A stretch of DNA of 64,000 bases, from contig NC_081381.1 in assembly GCF_030684315.1 (NCBI RefSeq), forward strand, positions 30,920,784 to 30,984,783, written 5' to 3'. Positions 12,445 to 25,018 of the stretch are shown here, piece after piece. A model generated the notes under the pieces. That model was given only the letters and a program-made list of their open reading frames with translations, was not told where the DNA came from and made no database searches. The translations under genes were made by a program, and so were the position numbers. The stretch is from Stegostoma tigrinum. Taxonomy: Eukaryota. Position 1 is the first letter of the stretch; every line of letters starts with the position of its first letter.

Positions 12445-12790
12445 ATAGAGTCATTGAGTCATACAGCACAGAAATGGACCCCTCAGTCCAACCAGTCCAT
12501 GCGAAATGTAATCCCAAACTAAACTGGCCCCACCTGCCTGGTCCTGGTCCATATCCCTCCAAACATTTCCTATTCATGTACTTATCCAAATGTCTATTAA
12601 ATGTTGTTATTATACCAACAACCACCATTTCCTCAGGAAATTCATTCAACACGTGAACTACCCTCTTTGTAAAATAAAAAATTGCCCCTCATGGCTTTTT
12701 AAAATCTCTCTCCTCCCATCTTAAAAACGTGCCCTCTAGTTTTGAAATACCCCATCCCAGGTAAAAGAAAATTGCAATTAACTCTAATCT
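12445..12790 (-). mobile_element. CR1 LINE 3' end
   Basis: Typical CR1 C-terminus and 3' UTR (TFNRHLDKYMNRKCLEGYGP) with ctatgact-type tail. Confidence 0.8.
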
Positions 12791-12889
12791 ATACCCCCCC
12801 CCCCCCATGTAGTATAAATTGTTGCTCCGTTTGAAATTTGATATTCTTGTAATTGTCATGATGACTGCAGGACAAAACATTTCAACAGC

Positions 12890-12955
12890 GTAACAAAGTG
12901 TGGAGCTGGATAAACACAGCAAGCCAAGCAGCATCTGCAGTTCCCATTATCTCTA
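12890..12955. mobile_element. Tiny Penelope derivative with internal inversion, 11-bp TSD
   Basis: atttcaacagc at 12879-12889 and 12956-12966; antisense half and sense half joined through the shared cagcatct. Confidence 0.75.
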
Positions 12956-12984
12956 ATTTCAACAGCATGTTTCCTTTTGCAGTA

Positions 12985-13400
12985 ATAAAGTTGTTACCCT
13001 GGTCCCAAAGGACGTAGGGCTGCTCGCTCATTAAACAGAGACGACCAGCGGTAGTTTAACCTGAGGGTCACCTCGCCTCAGGCAAGGGGTGAGCTCAAGA
13101 AGATGGGACCTTCATAGTGACCTCATGCAGTACTTGAATTCAATTCACATGTTGGTATCGCAATCCAGCCAGCCAAGTAAGCTACTCGACTCCCCACAGA
13201 GCAAAGTCGCCATAGTCCCAAAGACCACAGTACTGCTTTCTCAAGAGAGAGATGATCGGTGATGGCTTACCCTGTGAGTCACCTTGCAAGGGGAAGAGGT
13301 TGAGAAGGACAGACCTTCATGGTAACCTCAGCTAGTATGACAACTGAACCCATCCTGCTGGTGTTACAATCATACTCAGATTCTGTTCCGCCAAGTGACT
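12985..13400 (-). mobile_element. Two head-to-tail copies of a ~200-bp tRNA-derived SINE; another copy at 47200-47405
   Basis: Repeated ...tcccaaag(g)ac..gctgct..agagagatga..cctgagggtcacc..aggggtgag..ccttcat(g)gt(a)acctca; the 47200 copy keeps a B box (ggttcaattccc) on the minus strand. Confidence 0.65.
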
Positions 13401-14481
13401 ATATAAATCTGAGTTGTTGTAACCAGAATTTTCAACTGTAAAATGTGAACTTAAAATTTTCCATGAGGGTATGAACCCTAGGAGTTCCCTCCTTAAAGGA
13501 CTCATAACCAGATCTGTGTTTTTAATGTTTGTGTTCCTCCTTTGAGGCTTGCTGGTACTTGTTTCATTTTCCAAGTCATTAAAAGGTAAAGCTATGAAAC
13601 AAAATCGTTGAAAGCACTGAGGAGGTTACACAGCATCAGAGTACAGATAAGTGCAGTTAAGCTTCAGGTCAATGATCACTTATCATAATGAGAACAAGAT
13701 AAGAGGTTTAACAGTTTAGAAGCGAGTACAAAGCCGGATAAAAAGGAGGGTTACGCAAGGAGAGAGACAAGAAGCTGAGTTGTGGAACTGAGCTGAAAAC
13801 ATGGCAGCAAAACATAATGGGGAGCGTTAATAGATTATTAAGAAGCAAAATATGGGTCTAGAGGACGTGCTTAACAATGCTGGGTAGAGACATCAACTTT
13901 GTATGGCGAAGTATCTGTAATAGAACGGATATTCTTGAATTGTGGGCTTTTATGGAAATTCTATCATTGTTTTTCAAGCTGTTGGTCATCTTTTCCCAAA
14001 ATTTCCATCCCATCCAATGTTTTCATCACTGCTATTTTTTACTTTTCGTAGAGGGTGTTCTGTTCACTATTTTTCAAGCTTCGAGGTTGGCCTTTTCTCT
14101 CCCAAATTTTGTGTCAGTGCTAATTCCATGTCTTGTGGGCTTGAGATTTTCTGGAAGATATTTTCTCCTAGTTTTCTCTGCTGGCCTTCATGGGAAAGCA
14201 ACAAAATCGTAAATACCTTGGAAGTGGACCACGCTGTCTCCATGTTATTGTGTTCATTGGTCTTTGAAGGGGCGGATCTGCAGCTGAAAATAAAGCTGGT
14301 GTTTGGTTTGTAACTGCCCAGTTCGGAGGCGGTTTATGATGACTGTTGCTATGGTTACCGGGCTTGTTTTGAAGGTGATATTTCCCGGTTGGTAACATTT
14401 AACGTTCCCTTTCGTCTCAAACGGTTGCTGTTTATCTTCAACAATGTTGAAAAGATAAATCGGAGGTTTTAAACCTTCAAA

Positions 14482-14808
14482 ATGTCGGTGCGACGACTCC
14501 TGGCCCGCGGCCTGGACCTCAGCCGCTCGGCCTTGCGCCTCGTCAATCCCGCAGCTCGAGCTCGGGCTCAGGCGGGCGCGGCCTTTGTGCAACCCTGGGC
14601 CCAGCAGCCGCTCCAAGCCGTCCTACCCGCCCGCTACCGCTATTTCCGCCTGTCTTTGGGCGGCCTAGCGGCTCAGCTACAGCGCCGGGCGTCTTGGCAG
14701 CTCCGCGGGCCGGGCGGTGCTTTGCTGGCCTTCGGCCTGGGCCTGGGCTTCATCGAACAGCAGGTGGAGGAGGTGAGGACGAGCATCGCTGCCTGCGAGG
14801 AGATCCAG
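14482..14808 (+). CDS. PINK1: PINK1 exon 1 (mitochondrial targeting sequence, transmembrane segment with PARL site)
   Basis: MSVRRLLARGL...RYRYFRLSLGGLAAQLQRR...LLAFGLGLGFIEQ...ACEEIQ; donor CAG|gtaaat; CpG-rich. Confidence 0.95.
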
Positions 14809-14917
14809 GTAAATAAACGTCGGTCCGGGCATCGTTTGAACAAATAGATTAATGCTCCTTGCGATATGCTGCTTTTCCGTCTTGCTGTTGTCTAACAGCC
14901 GCCTGACTTTTCGCCGG

Positions 14918-15076
14918 ATAATAAAATGTGGAGGCAGAGACAGGCTGGACTGATGAAGGGTCTAGGCCCGAAACGTCAGCTTTTGTGCTCCTGAGATGCT
15001 GCTTGGCCTGCCGTGTTCATCCAGCCTCACATTTTATTATCTTGGAATTCTCCAGCATCTGCAGTTCCCGTTATCT
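14918..15076 (+). mobile_element. Short Penelope derivative with intact hammerhead core, perfect 15-bp TSD, in PINK1 intron 1
   Basis: ctgacttttcgccgg at 14903-14917 and 15077-15091. Confidence 0.9.
14950..14977 (+). ncRNA. Minimal hammerhead-ribozyme-like motif with consensus-intact core
   Basis: CTGATGA-a-GGGT(ctag)GCCC-GAAA-C-GTC; palindromic ACGT where stem III would be. Confidence 0.65.
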
Positions 15077-15384
15077 CTGACTTTTCGCCGGCTTCGCTGT
15101 AGGTGATAGTGGTGTTGGAAGCTAATTTTCTCAACGTCAATTTTAGGCGAAAGCCCCAAGTTGAATGCTCTCCTTTCTTACCTAAACTTTTATTATGATC
15201 TCTGACATGCACCTGATGTAGTTTACCTGATTAAGCTCTCTGTCAGTTTGGACGTCACCAAATTTTGACGGTCAACTTCCATTTAAACTTTGATATGATG
15301 GTCTAGGCTCTTTTGGTCCATTTTATTAAATAGATGCTGTGCAATCATATCCCAATAACTACCCAGCAAATTTTTTTAAAATGT

Positions 15385-15670
15385 CAGAAGAACAAGGAGC
15401 AGGGATAGGCAATTCAATCCCTTGACCCTGCTCCACCGTTTGATAGGAACACGGCTGATCTCTTCTTGGTCTCAACTCTACTCTCCTCTGTCCTCTCCAT
15501 AACCATTTAGCCAATTTACTGTCTATCTCCTGCTTAAATTTACTCAATGTCCCAGCATCCAGCGCATACTGAAATAGTGAATTCCACAGATTCACAACCC
15601 TTTGAAAGAAGTAATTTTCCCCTCCTCTCTCTTTAAATCTGCTACCTCTTATCCTCAACCTCTCATCCTA
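15385..15670 (-). mobile_element. CR1 LINE 3' fragment
   Basis: ORF 15359-15658 FFQRVVNLWNSL...FKQEID. Confidence 0.8.
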
Positions 15671-16636
15671 GCCGTGCATAAGACATAAAATTGCCTACAG
15701 ACTTTGTATGAGCTTTAGCAATAAAAAATGTGTGATTTAGAAATGGACAACACAATATCCTACAGAGAATTTGAGTACTGAAGAACACGAGAAGAAATAG
15801 AAAGATTGACACTTTCAAAGTTTGAACCAGGAAGTGTAAGTTTTAATATTGAATTCACTGAGCAATTATGTTCAGAAAGCAAAAGAAAGATGAGATTAAG
15901 GAGTGGAGATATGGCAAATAAAAATGTTTAAAAATTTTTTAAAAATCAGTAAAATGTTTCCTAAATTTAATTTTCAAATATGATCTGTCACTATTTAACA
16001 CTGCCAATTGTAAACATGAACCAATAGGTTAACAGAGGACACACCTTTTGGAGAATTAGAAAACTGAGACAAAATAAGACTTAGTTGAGCAACAAAATGC
16101 CCAAATAGCAAAATTTCTGCTACATCAGTGAGCGTTGTTTTGACTTGCTTGATATAATTCGTTTTCTACCACAAGGAAGCTCGTACTAATAACATCTTGG
16201 GATATGGGGATAGTATTGGAAAATGGTTTTTGGGTGGATGATCAGTCATAATCTAGAATGGGAGCACAGATTTGAGGGACTCTATGTTCCTAAACATTCA
16301 ACATTATTATGAAACGTAGGAGTTTACCACAATGTCAGTCTTTCTTTCTTCATAGTCTGACAATGAAGCCGTAGCTTCATAATTTCCTAAGCAAGCCCTG
16401 GAGAATTGCACTGTTCGCTAGTGGTGAAGAATTTGGTGGAGTCATATTAATGGCGGATCTCTTCTTGGCAGAGCTTTGTTTTTGTTTTAAAATCAATTCT
16501 ACTCAAAACTGAATGGAGGTTTGGTTCATTCTTTATAACTACATTTGAAAAAGTTCCAATTTGCATAAATGTGCACTTATTTGCATATATTTGGTTAGTT
16601 AATGAGAATAATTGTTGAATTATTTCCATTTGCCAG

Positions 16637-17128
16637 ACATTGTTTAAAAGGAAGAAAATCAAGTATGAAAACTCCATGCCTTCACACACGAGTGGATATC
16701 GATTTGAAGATTACAAGATTGGATACAACATTGGAAAGGGGTGTAATGCAGCTGTGTACAAGGCCTTTATCCCTGAAGTACCCAAAACAAAAGCAAGTGA
16801 CAAGATCACGACAAAGGAGAAAGATGAAGTAGTTAACAGGCAGGTGAAGAGTGAAGGTCAGTGTGTCTCTGGTGAGGATTCTGGAGAAAGAAAGAAGGTA
16901 GCGATTACACAGGAAAACTCAAGTTTGAGTTTTGTGATTTTGAAAAAAGAAATGTTAACAGACTCGCTGAGGGCTTGTGAAGGAGACACCAGCAACCCCT
17001 TGAGAGTTTCTTGTGGAGGCAGCAGTTACCTCCTGAGGGCCTTCGAGGAAGACACCAACTACCCCCTGAAGGTACCTGAAGGAGAAACCAGCTATCCACT
17101 TGCTCTAAAAATGCTTTGGAACATAAAT
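16637..17128 (+). CDS. PINK1: PINK1 exon 2 (Gly-rich loop, expanded insertion 1, catalytic Lys)
   Basis: ttgccag|ACA; IGKGCNAAVYKA...YPLALKMLWNIN; AAT|gtaagt; 492 nt, phase 0/0. Confidence 0.95.
16967..17098 (+). repeat. Coding tandem repeat, 4 x 33 bp (11 aa)
   Basis: LRACEGDTSNP / LRVSCGGSSYL / LRAFEEDTNYP / LKVPEGETSYP. Confidence 0.8.
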
Positions 17129-17911
17129 GTAAGTCAAACATTGAAATGCACAATTTGTTGTTTGAGCCAAGTGGAAGATAACCATATGCTGGTGATGTGG
17201 CACGAGACTTGCAATTGGAATTTCTTTTGCTTCCAATAATTTGTCTGCAGTGCTTTCAATTTAAAATACTTCTGTCTTTTATTGTAAAAAGGTGCATTCT
17301 TTAAATTTACATTTTTTTCCTGTAAAACACAATTGCTTGTCAATGTAATTAATAGCCTTAATAATAAGTGTGTAACATCAGGACGAAATCAAAGCAAAAC
17401 TAAGAATCGAAATATTTGCCATGGATGAGTGAAGTCCCTACATAGGCCCGAAATAATTGCACATAAGAAAACAAGTGACCATCAGAACTAACCATATCTG
17501 ATGTGCAGCCTGTGGAGGATTTAAAGTTTGGCAGTGCTATAGTGGTAACACTTCCTAAAATCATTATGGAGTGGATCATTGAGGGGTAAGTGACTGTAGA
17601 TGGTTGTGAAGATGTATTTAATTGTATTTCTCTCATGTTTAAGCCTCTCCATGCCTTAAAGCATGAAAACCTTTGCAATTTCTTTTGCATCAAAGTGATG
17701 CTCAACAGGAGAGGAGTACTGGAGATAAGTTTAGAAATTAGCTTCTTGAATTCATTTGAGTTTTGATCCAGAGGCTCTCTAGCCTAGAAAGCTAGTATTG
17801 GCTGTCTTCTGAGCTACCACCATTAAACTGTCAGGTCTAGATTTGAGACATTTCTGTACTACTTGTTGATGTGATTCAGTCACATCAATCAGTTAACATG
17901 CTACACGGTTG

Positions 17912-19330
17912 ACCAACACCTTCCACCCCAACCTCAAGTTCACCTGGGCCATCTCCAACACATCCCTCACCTTCCTGGACCTCTCAGTCTCCATCTCCGG
18001 CAACCAGCTAGTAACTGATGTCTATTTCAAGCCCACCGACTCCCACAGCTACCTAGAATACACCTCCTCCCACCCACCCTCCTGCAAAAATTCCATCCCC
18101 TATTCCCAATTCCTCCGCCTCCGCCGCATCTGCTCCCAGGATGAGGTATTCCACTCCCGCACATCCCAGATGTCCACATTGTTCAAGGACCGCAACTTTC
18201 CTCCCCGCAGTGGTCGAGAATGCCCTTGACCGCATATCCCGCATTTCCCGCAACACATCCCTCGCACCCCGCCCCCGCCACAACCGCCCAAAGAGGATCC
18301 CCCTTGTTCTCACACACCACCCCACCAACCTCCAGATACAACGCATCATCCTCCGACACTTCCGCCATCCACAATCCGACCTCACTACCCAAGACATTTT
18401 TCCATCCCCACCCTTCTCTGCCTTCCAGAGAGACCACTCTCTCCGTGACTCCCTTGTTCGCTCCACACTGCCCTCCAACCCCACCACACCTGGCACCTTC
18501 CCCTGCAACCGCAGGAAGTGCTACGCTTGCCCCCACACCTCCTCCCTCACCCCCATCCCAGGCCCCAAGATGACTTTCCGTATTAAGCAGAGGTTCACCT
18601 GCACATCTGCAAATGTGGTATACTGTATCCATTGTACCCAGTGTGGCATCCTCTACATTGGGGAAACCAAACGGAGGCTTGGGGACTGCTTGCAGAACAC
18701 CTCCGCTCGGTTCGCAGTAAACAACTGCACCTCCCAGTCGCGAACCATTTTAACTCTTCTCTCCCCCCCCCCCACCACCACCTCTCATTCTTCAGACGAC
18801 ATGTCCATCATAGGCCTCCTGCAGTGCCACAAGGATGCCACCCGAAGGTTGCAGGAACAGCAACTCATATTCCGCTTGGGAACCCTGCAGCCCAATGGTA
18901 TCAATGTGGACTTCACCAGCTTCAAAATCCCCCCTTCCCCCAAAACCAGCCCAGTTCGTCCCCTCCCCCCACTGCATCCCAAAACCAGCCCAGCCTGTCT
19001 CTGCCTCTCTAACCTGTTCTTCCTCTCACCCATCCCTGCCTCCCGCCTCAAGCCGCACCTCCATTTCCTACCTACTAACTTCATCCCACCTCCTTGACCT
19101 GTCCGTCTTCCCTGGACTGACCTATCTCCTCCCTACCTCCCCACCTATACTCTCCTCTCCACCTATCTTCTTTTCTCTCCATCTTCGGTCCGCCTCCCCC
19201 TCTCTCCCTATTTATTCCAGAACCCTCACCCCATCCCCCTCTGATGAAGGGTCTAGGCCCAAAACGTCAGCTCTTGTGCTCCTGAGATGCTGCTTGGCGT
19301 GCTGTGTTCATCCAGCTCCACACTTTGCTA
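17912..19330 (+). mobile_element. Penelope-like retroelement (same family as 5581-7365) in PINK1 intron 2
   Basis: RT C-terminus (FLDLSV...FKPTDSHSYL), CNRRKCYAC linker, GIY-YIG motif VYCIHCTQCGILYIGETKRRL; hammerhead motif 19241-19268 with GAAA>AAAA; TSD acacggttg at 17903-17911 and 19331-19339. Confidence 0.9.
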
Positions 19331-19597
19331 ACACGGTTGTTGATGTGCTTTTGTCAGGAAAAATGATATGAACCGACCTGAGAGAATTGGAGTGAATTGA
19401 CGAAAACTTTACGGCTAATGTTTTGAGGATCCCTTAGACTGAGATCATTGTCTTCTCCCGTTTTAAGCCTGGGATTTCTGCAATAAAGTGAAACGTTAAA
19501 ATACTTAAAATGGAAAAGATTTGAAAGCTGGCACTAGTGTTTTGCACATTAACTTTTGCTGAATTCATTGCTTTGGTGCTTGAACTTTCTGTTGCAG

Positions 19598-19695
19598 GCG
19601 GGATCCTCCAGTGATGCAATACTAACATCAATGGTTAAGGAGCTGGTTCCAACCATCCCAAATGCATTAATCGGAGAGTTTGGCAGAATGAAAGG
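19598..19695 (+). CDS. PINK1: PINK1 exon 3 (contains the Ser228-equivalent AGSSS)
   Basis: ttgcag|GCG; AGSSSDAILTSMVKELVP...GEFG; GG|gttagt. Confidence 0.95.
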
Positions 19696-20138
19696 GTTAG
19701 TCATCTATTCTGCATTTATTTGCCTAAATGATTGGTATGTCACAGGATAAATGATTTTCAGATATAGTACAGTTGATTTCAATGCATTAGCTTGCCAGAC
19801 TTGCTTAATTCTTGTTTGTCTAGTCATCACGTATTGCGTCTCGCCCTAAACAGTTAGTTTCCAAATCAAGCTAAATGAAAAGGTTAATACAACTGAAGGA
19901 AAAATAGAAACCAAGCTGATGGGGGAGCAGTACCAAACAACAATAGGTTACTGAAAGAAACTGTTAGAGTTGCAAAAGGAAGCATGAAAAATAAAAGTTT
20001 GCAACTGACCTTTATAACTAACAATATAAGTTTTTAATAAACATGTTGAGAAAGTTTAGCAAAAGGGAATGTGAGTTCATTAATTGTAGATGGAGAAGAG
20101 ATTATATTGGCTAACAAAGAAATACATGTATGTTTTAC

Positions 20139-20719
20139 TGTGATGATACGATGGCTTTAAGAGGTGTATTTTGATGAAGGGTCTGCTTCAAGCTAATAAA
20201 GTAAATAGCTTGTGAAGCTTTGGGTTTCTTTTTAAAAGTTGCAACAATAAAATCAGCCTGAATGGGTGGGGTCAGGCTCCCACAGAACCAGGATTTCTGG
20301 GTTTTAGCTTTCAGTAGTTACTGGCCCCTTGAAGCTGGATATGGAAGTTGTTTTTCCTCTCTGTCACAGCTAAAAGGTGGGGTTCTCTTCCTGCTGCCAG
20401 AATTGCATGTGAGACAATTTATTTCACTGACTTTATCTTTGCTAAGGGTGTTACTTTTTGGAGCAGTTAATGAGTAATTTATTATTTATTGTAAAATGTT
20501 TTGATAGTTACAGTTAAGCCAATTCTTTATTTTAATTTTGTTTGTATCTTAACTATAGCATATGCATAAAGTGTGTTTTACTTTAAAAGTCTACAAGTCT
20601 GACCAATCGAATTGCATCTGGAACGCAACGCATGGTACTTGCCTTGAAAAATAAGATGATGTTGGGGTCTACGCTATCTCCTTGATGTCTTTTGAGGGTG
20701 TTTGGTCTGTTCCATTACA
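20139..20719 (+). mobile_element. Solo LTR (Gypsy-like) in PINK1 intron 3
   Basis: TGTGATG...CATTACA termini (short inverted repeat) with 4-bp TSD ttac on both sides; 581 bp; strand is tentative. Confidence 0.7.
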
Positions 20720-22660
20720 TTACAATGAAAACAGACAGCAAAATATATGCAGTATTAGTAGATTTTTAATATTTAAAAAATGACAATGAAGAAAATAATT
20801 GAACTCTAATTTGACAGGTCCCAGAATGTGGTTTTTCACTCCAGCATATTGGCAGGAATAGTTGAGGAACCTGCATACCCATCAATTCAACATCACCAGT
20901 AGGAAAGTGATTGGTTATATTGTCAGGAACAGAAGTGATTTGTAGAATCGCAGAATTCAAGAGGCCAGTCAGACAATAAATTCTGAGCCAGTATTTGAAG
21001 AGTAATCAAAATAGTTTCACTCTCCTGATCGTTCCCCATTTCAATAACTACCCTTTCACACCACTGGAAACTAGTGTAGAAGAACAAAATGGTAATCATA
21101 ACATTAATGGCATGTTTTTATTTTTCTTAAGGGTTTTAAATTTTTAAAATTAGAAATTGCCACTTAAACTGAACAGATATTAGATCAAACCCAGTATAGT
21201 GTACCGATTCAGTTTTAGGTATAGAACTTCAAGAATGATATGATGACTTAATGGTACCAGGGCTGGACAGATTCCAGCTCGACGACAAAGTTATATAAAC
21301 ACTTTGTTTTCTCTTAAGTTAGAAGCCTGAGGGCTGATCTAACCAAGGCTTTTCAATTATTATAGAATTACCGTAAAATTACGACACAAAATGAGGTCAT
21401 TTGGGCCATTGCCCTTGTGCTTTGAATGAGGTATTGACATTGTTTTAGTCTAATTCCCATCCTCAAAGCCCTACAAAACTTTCCCCTTCAAGAATTTATT
21501 CAATTTCCCTTTGAAAGTAACTACTGTATCTTTCTACATCATATGTGTCCAATAAGTTGATATGATGCATCTAGTGAGTGGGTGAAGGGAGTTATTGTGC
21601 TTTAAGCTCTTGTGCTGGTTTATATCTCATTTTCAGCCTCCATGCTGATTAGCATCAATACAAAAGTACAGCTAAATGACAAAGCCGGTCTGTCAGCAAT
21701 TTCTCAGTTGTGCCTCCTTATGTCAAGACACAGAACCTGGCTCCCTTATGTGTCCAGGATGCGTCAGAGTAACCTGGAAGAGGCTTACCCAGGGCATGCA
21801 AATGCACATGTATGGGTGTGCCTTGGTCTTCGTGTACGAACTCCCCGCTAAAGTCAAATAGCTGAACTGCCTTGTGGTATTCCTCGATTGTTGAAGTTGA
21901 AGGGTGTATGCACTGACAAAAAATATGAAGTGGAGCCTAAGGTAGACCTGGTGTCTAAACACATAATTTTAGCAATTCCTGTAACCAAGCTGATGCAACA
22001 AGTAATGGTTTGCATTGCTTTGAAGGCAAGTGGTGAGTTTGAGAGAAGGATCTCCATAATTTATTGCCCAGGCTTTGGCCCTGGCAATGACATTCCAGTT
22101 TCACTGTACGGTTTTCACCCTTTTGGGCAGTGCATTCCACATCATCAATACAAGGGATGGTGGCAGACTAAACACTGTTTCCTCCAAAATGCTGTGATCT
22201 AGGGTAAATTCTCATTTTCAAGGTAAAGGTTGATGGATTCATGTTGATCAAGTCTCTCGGTTTATGGAACAACCATGGATTAATGGAGATAAGGAACAGA
22301 TTCACCACAATTCAGTGAAATGATGAAATTGCTTAATGGGTTAAAATGTCTATACCAATTCCTCTGTTTCCCATGACATGAAAGAGTGGCTTTAAGTGAC
22401 CTCTTACCTCCTGTTTATAGCTATGATGGAAACTCTGCACTGTGGCAGTGAATCTGCTTCTTAATGATGTGGCATAGCATGCTGACATACCAGGTTATGG
22501 TGCTGTAGTTCCACCACCATATTGGAGTATAGCAACAACTTCAATTGAAATCATGTAATATTTTCTTATATACTATATAGGGAGACACTGTCAAATTGTA
22601 TGACTTTTCCACCAAAGTGTTCTTTGCTTCATAATTTTTTTCCCTACTACTTTTGACTAG

Positions 22661-22843
22661 ATCCTATATTCATAACAGAAAAAAAATGAAACCACATCCA
22701 AACATCATTCAGATTGTCCGAGCTTTCATAGACAATGTTCCACTCTTGCCTGGAGCTTGGATGGAGTATCCTGATGTGCTACCAACCAGATTGAATCCTT
22801 GTGGCTTGGGACACGACCGCACCCTCTTTCTGGTAATGAAGAG
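22661..22843 (+). CDS. PINK1: PINK1 exon 4 (insertion 3 region)
   Basis: gactag|A; [12 protein letters not shown]...[25 protein letters not shown]; AG|gtaagc; 183 nt. Confidence 0.95.
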
Positions 22844-24131
22844 GTAAGCAGTTCAAGCACTGGAAGATGTGTATGTTTAGGGGCTGAGAGCTGAAGGATT
22901 AGCTGTGGTCCATCATCTGTCATGCTTGAGCTTGGAAATGGTGAGCTGGAGGGTTTGTGAGGGAGATGGTGAACTGAGAGAGGCACAGCTGTGAGCTGGA
23001 ATGGTAAGCACTGAGCGGGAGGTGACTTAAAGAATTACTGAATTATTAATATTTGAAAATAAAAATATATATAGAACATATTAATGCCACTGATTTTAGT
23101 TATTGAGAAATTGGTTTTATAGAACTATTAAAGACAGTCAACACATTCAAACCAAAAGATTTTTTTATAGTGAGTTTGAAACGATTTTGATTCCTAGCTG
23201 TCTTCTACAAATTGTAATGCAAAGATTCTTGTAGCTTTCTACTTTGAGCTTCTCAAACTGGAACAAAAGGTCCTTGTTTTGAACCATTGTTTAAGTTCAA
23301 ATTTTGGCAAAATACAATATAAAAACTAAGAAATCCATCTCAGTTATGGTCATGTCATGGTTATGGGACTGAACATAAAGCTTAGAGGTTGAGTTCAAAT
23401 ATTAGCTATGTAACAGGTTCTCCCTGTCCATTTTATTCAGACCCATTGTGATCTTAAACATCTATCAAATCTCCATTATCAGCCTTCTCTCTATGGAAAC
23501 CAGGCCTAACTTCTCCAATTTTTTTGTTTCATAACTGAAATGTATTATCCCTGGAATCATGCTCTTAAACCTGTTCAGCACTGTTTCCAATGTATTCACA
23601 TCCTTCCTGTAGTACGTCCAGGACTGTATACATTACTGCAATTGAGATCTAACTAGTCTGTTATTTAAGTTCATCATTGTATTCCATGCCCTTATTTGTG
23701 AAGCCTGTAACATGGTATACTTTAACAGCTCTCTCTACCTGCCTGCCATCATTAATTAAATATACACATACCTCCCAATTCTCTCTGCTCCTGCTCACCT
23801 TGTGGAATAGTACCATTTAGTTTGTACTGTCTGTCAACATTATCTGTACCAAAGGGTATCTAATTTGCTTTAAACCTCATCTGCTAATTATCTGCCTACT
23901 CCACCAACAGATCTACACTATTGTTCTTGCGAATTACAATTCTCCCAAGTTTTGTGTTGTTAGTAAACTTTAAATAATCCCCTAGATCATTTGTATATTT
24001 TGAAGTCTACTTCAAAACTTCTTCCAACCTAAACAATTACCCATCAGTCAGTACTCTTTTTATTTATCTCTGAGAAAATTTTGTATCTGTGTTGCCAATT
24101 TCCCTTTAATTCCATGACCTATAAGTTGTAT

Positions 24132-24260
24132 CAGAGATAGTAGGAACTGCAGATGCTGGAGAATCTGAGATAACAAGGTGTAGAGCTGGATGAACACAGC
24201 AGGCCAAACAGCATCAGAGGAGCAGGAAGGTTGATGTGTCGGGCCTAGACCCTTCTTCAG
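24132..24260 (-). mobile_element. Short hammerhead-motif Penelope derivative
   Basis: Sense strand starts CTGAAGAagggtctaggcccGACA (core mutated); TSD aagttgtat / aagttatat. Confidence 0.75.
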
Positions 24261-24282
24261 AAGTTATATTACAGGTTTGTAG

Positions 24283-24765
24283 TATAAGACCATAAGACAT
24301 TAGGAGTGGAAGTAAGGCCATTCGGCCCATCAAGTCCACTCCGCCATTTAAATCATGGCTGATGGACATTTCAACTCCACTTCCCTGCACTCTCCCCATA
24401 GCCCTTGATTCCTTCTGAGATCAAGAATTTGTCGATCTCTGCCTTGAAGGCATCCAACGTCCTGGCCTCCACTGCACTCCGTGGCAATGAATTCCACAAT
24501 ACCACCACTCTCTGGATGAAGAAATGTCGTCTCATTTCAGTTTTAAATTTACCCCCTCTAATTTTAAGGCTGTGCCCACATGTCCTAGTCTCCCTGCCTA
24601 ACGGAAACAACTTGCCAGCGTCCACCCCTTCTAAACCATACATTATCTTGTAAGTTTCTATTAGATCTACCCTCAACCTTCTAAACTCTAATGAGTACAA
24701 TCCCAGGATCCTTAGCCGTTCATCATACGTTAAACCTACCATTCCAGGGATCATCCATGTGAATT
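24283..24765 (-). mobile_element. CR1 LINE 3' end
   Basis: ORF 24371-24772 (LTYDERLRILGLYSLEFRRLRVDLIETYKI...QRVVVLWNSLP); (cttatgg/t)n tail; older LINE debris at 23430-24120. Confidence 0.9.
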
Positions 24766-25018
24766 GTACCATATGGTACTGTTTTGAATGCCTTTCAGAA
24801 GTTCTTTAGGAAATCAACATGGAAAGGGTAGGGATGAGAAAAGACACCATTCCAGAGATGGCACTTGACCATGTGAACCTGTAAGACACTTCTGCAAGTG
24901 TTGTTGCCTTTTTAAAAAACTGATGCATTACATTTGAAAATCTTTGTAGTTAGTTATTTAACCACATCTTTTTAGCAGGAAAAATGCAGAGCTAACAGTT
25001 GTGCGTTTTCTGCCTCAG

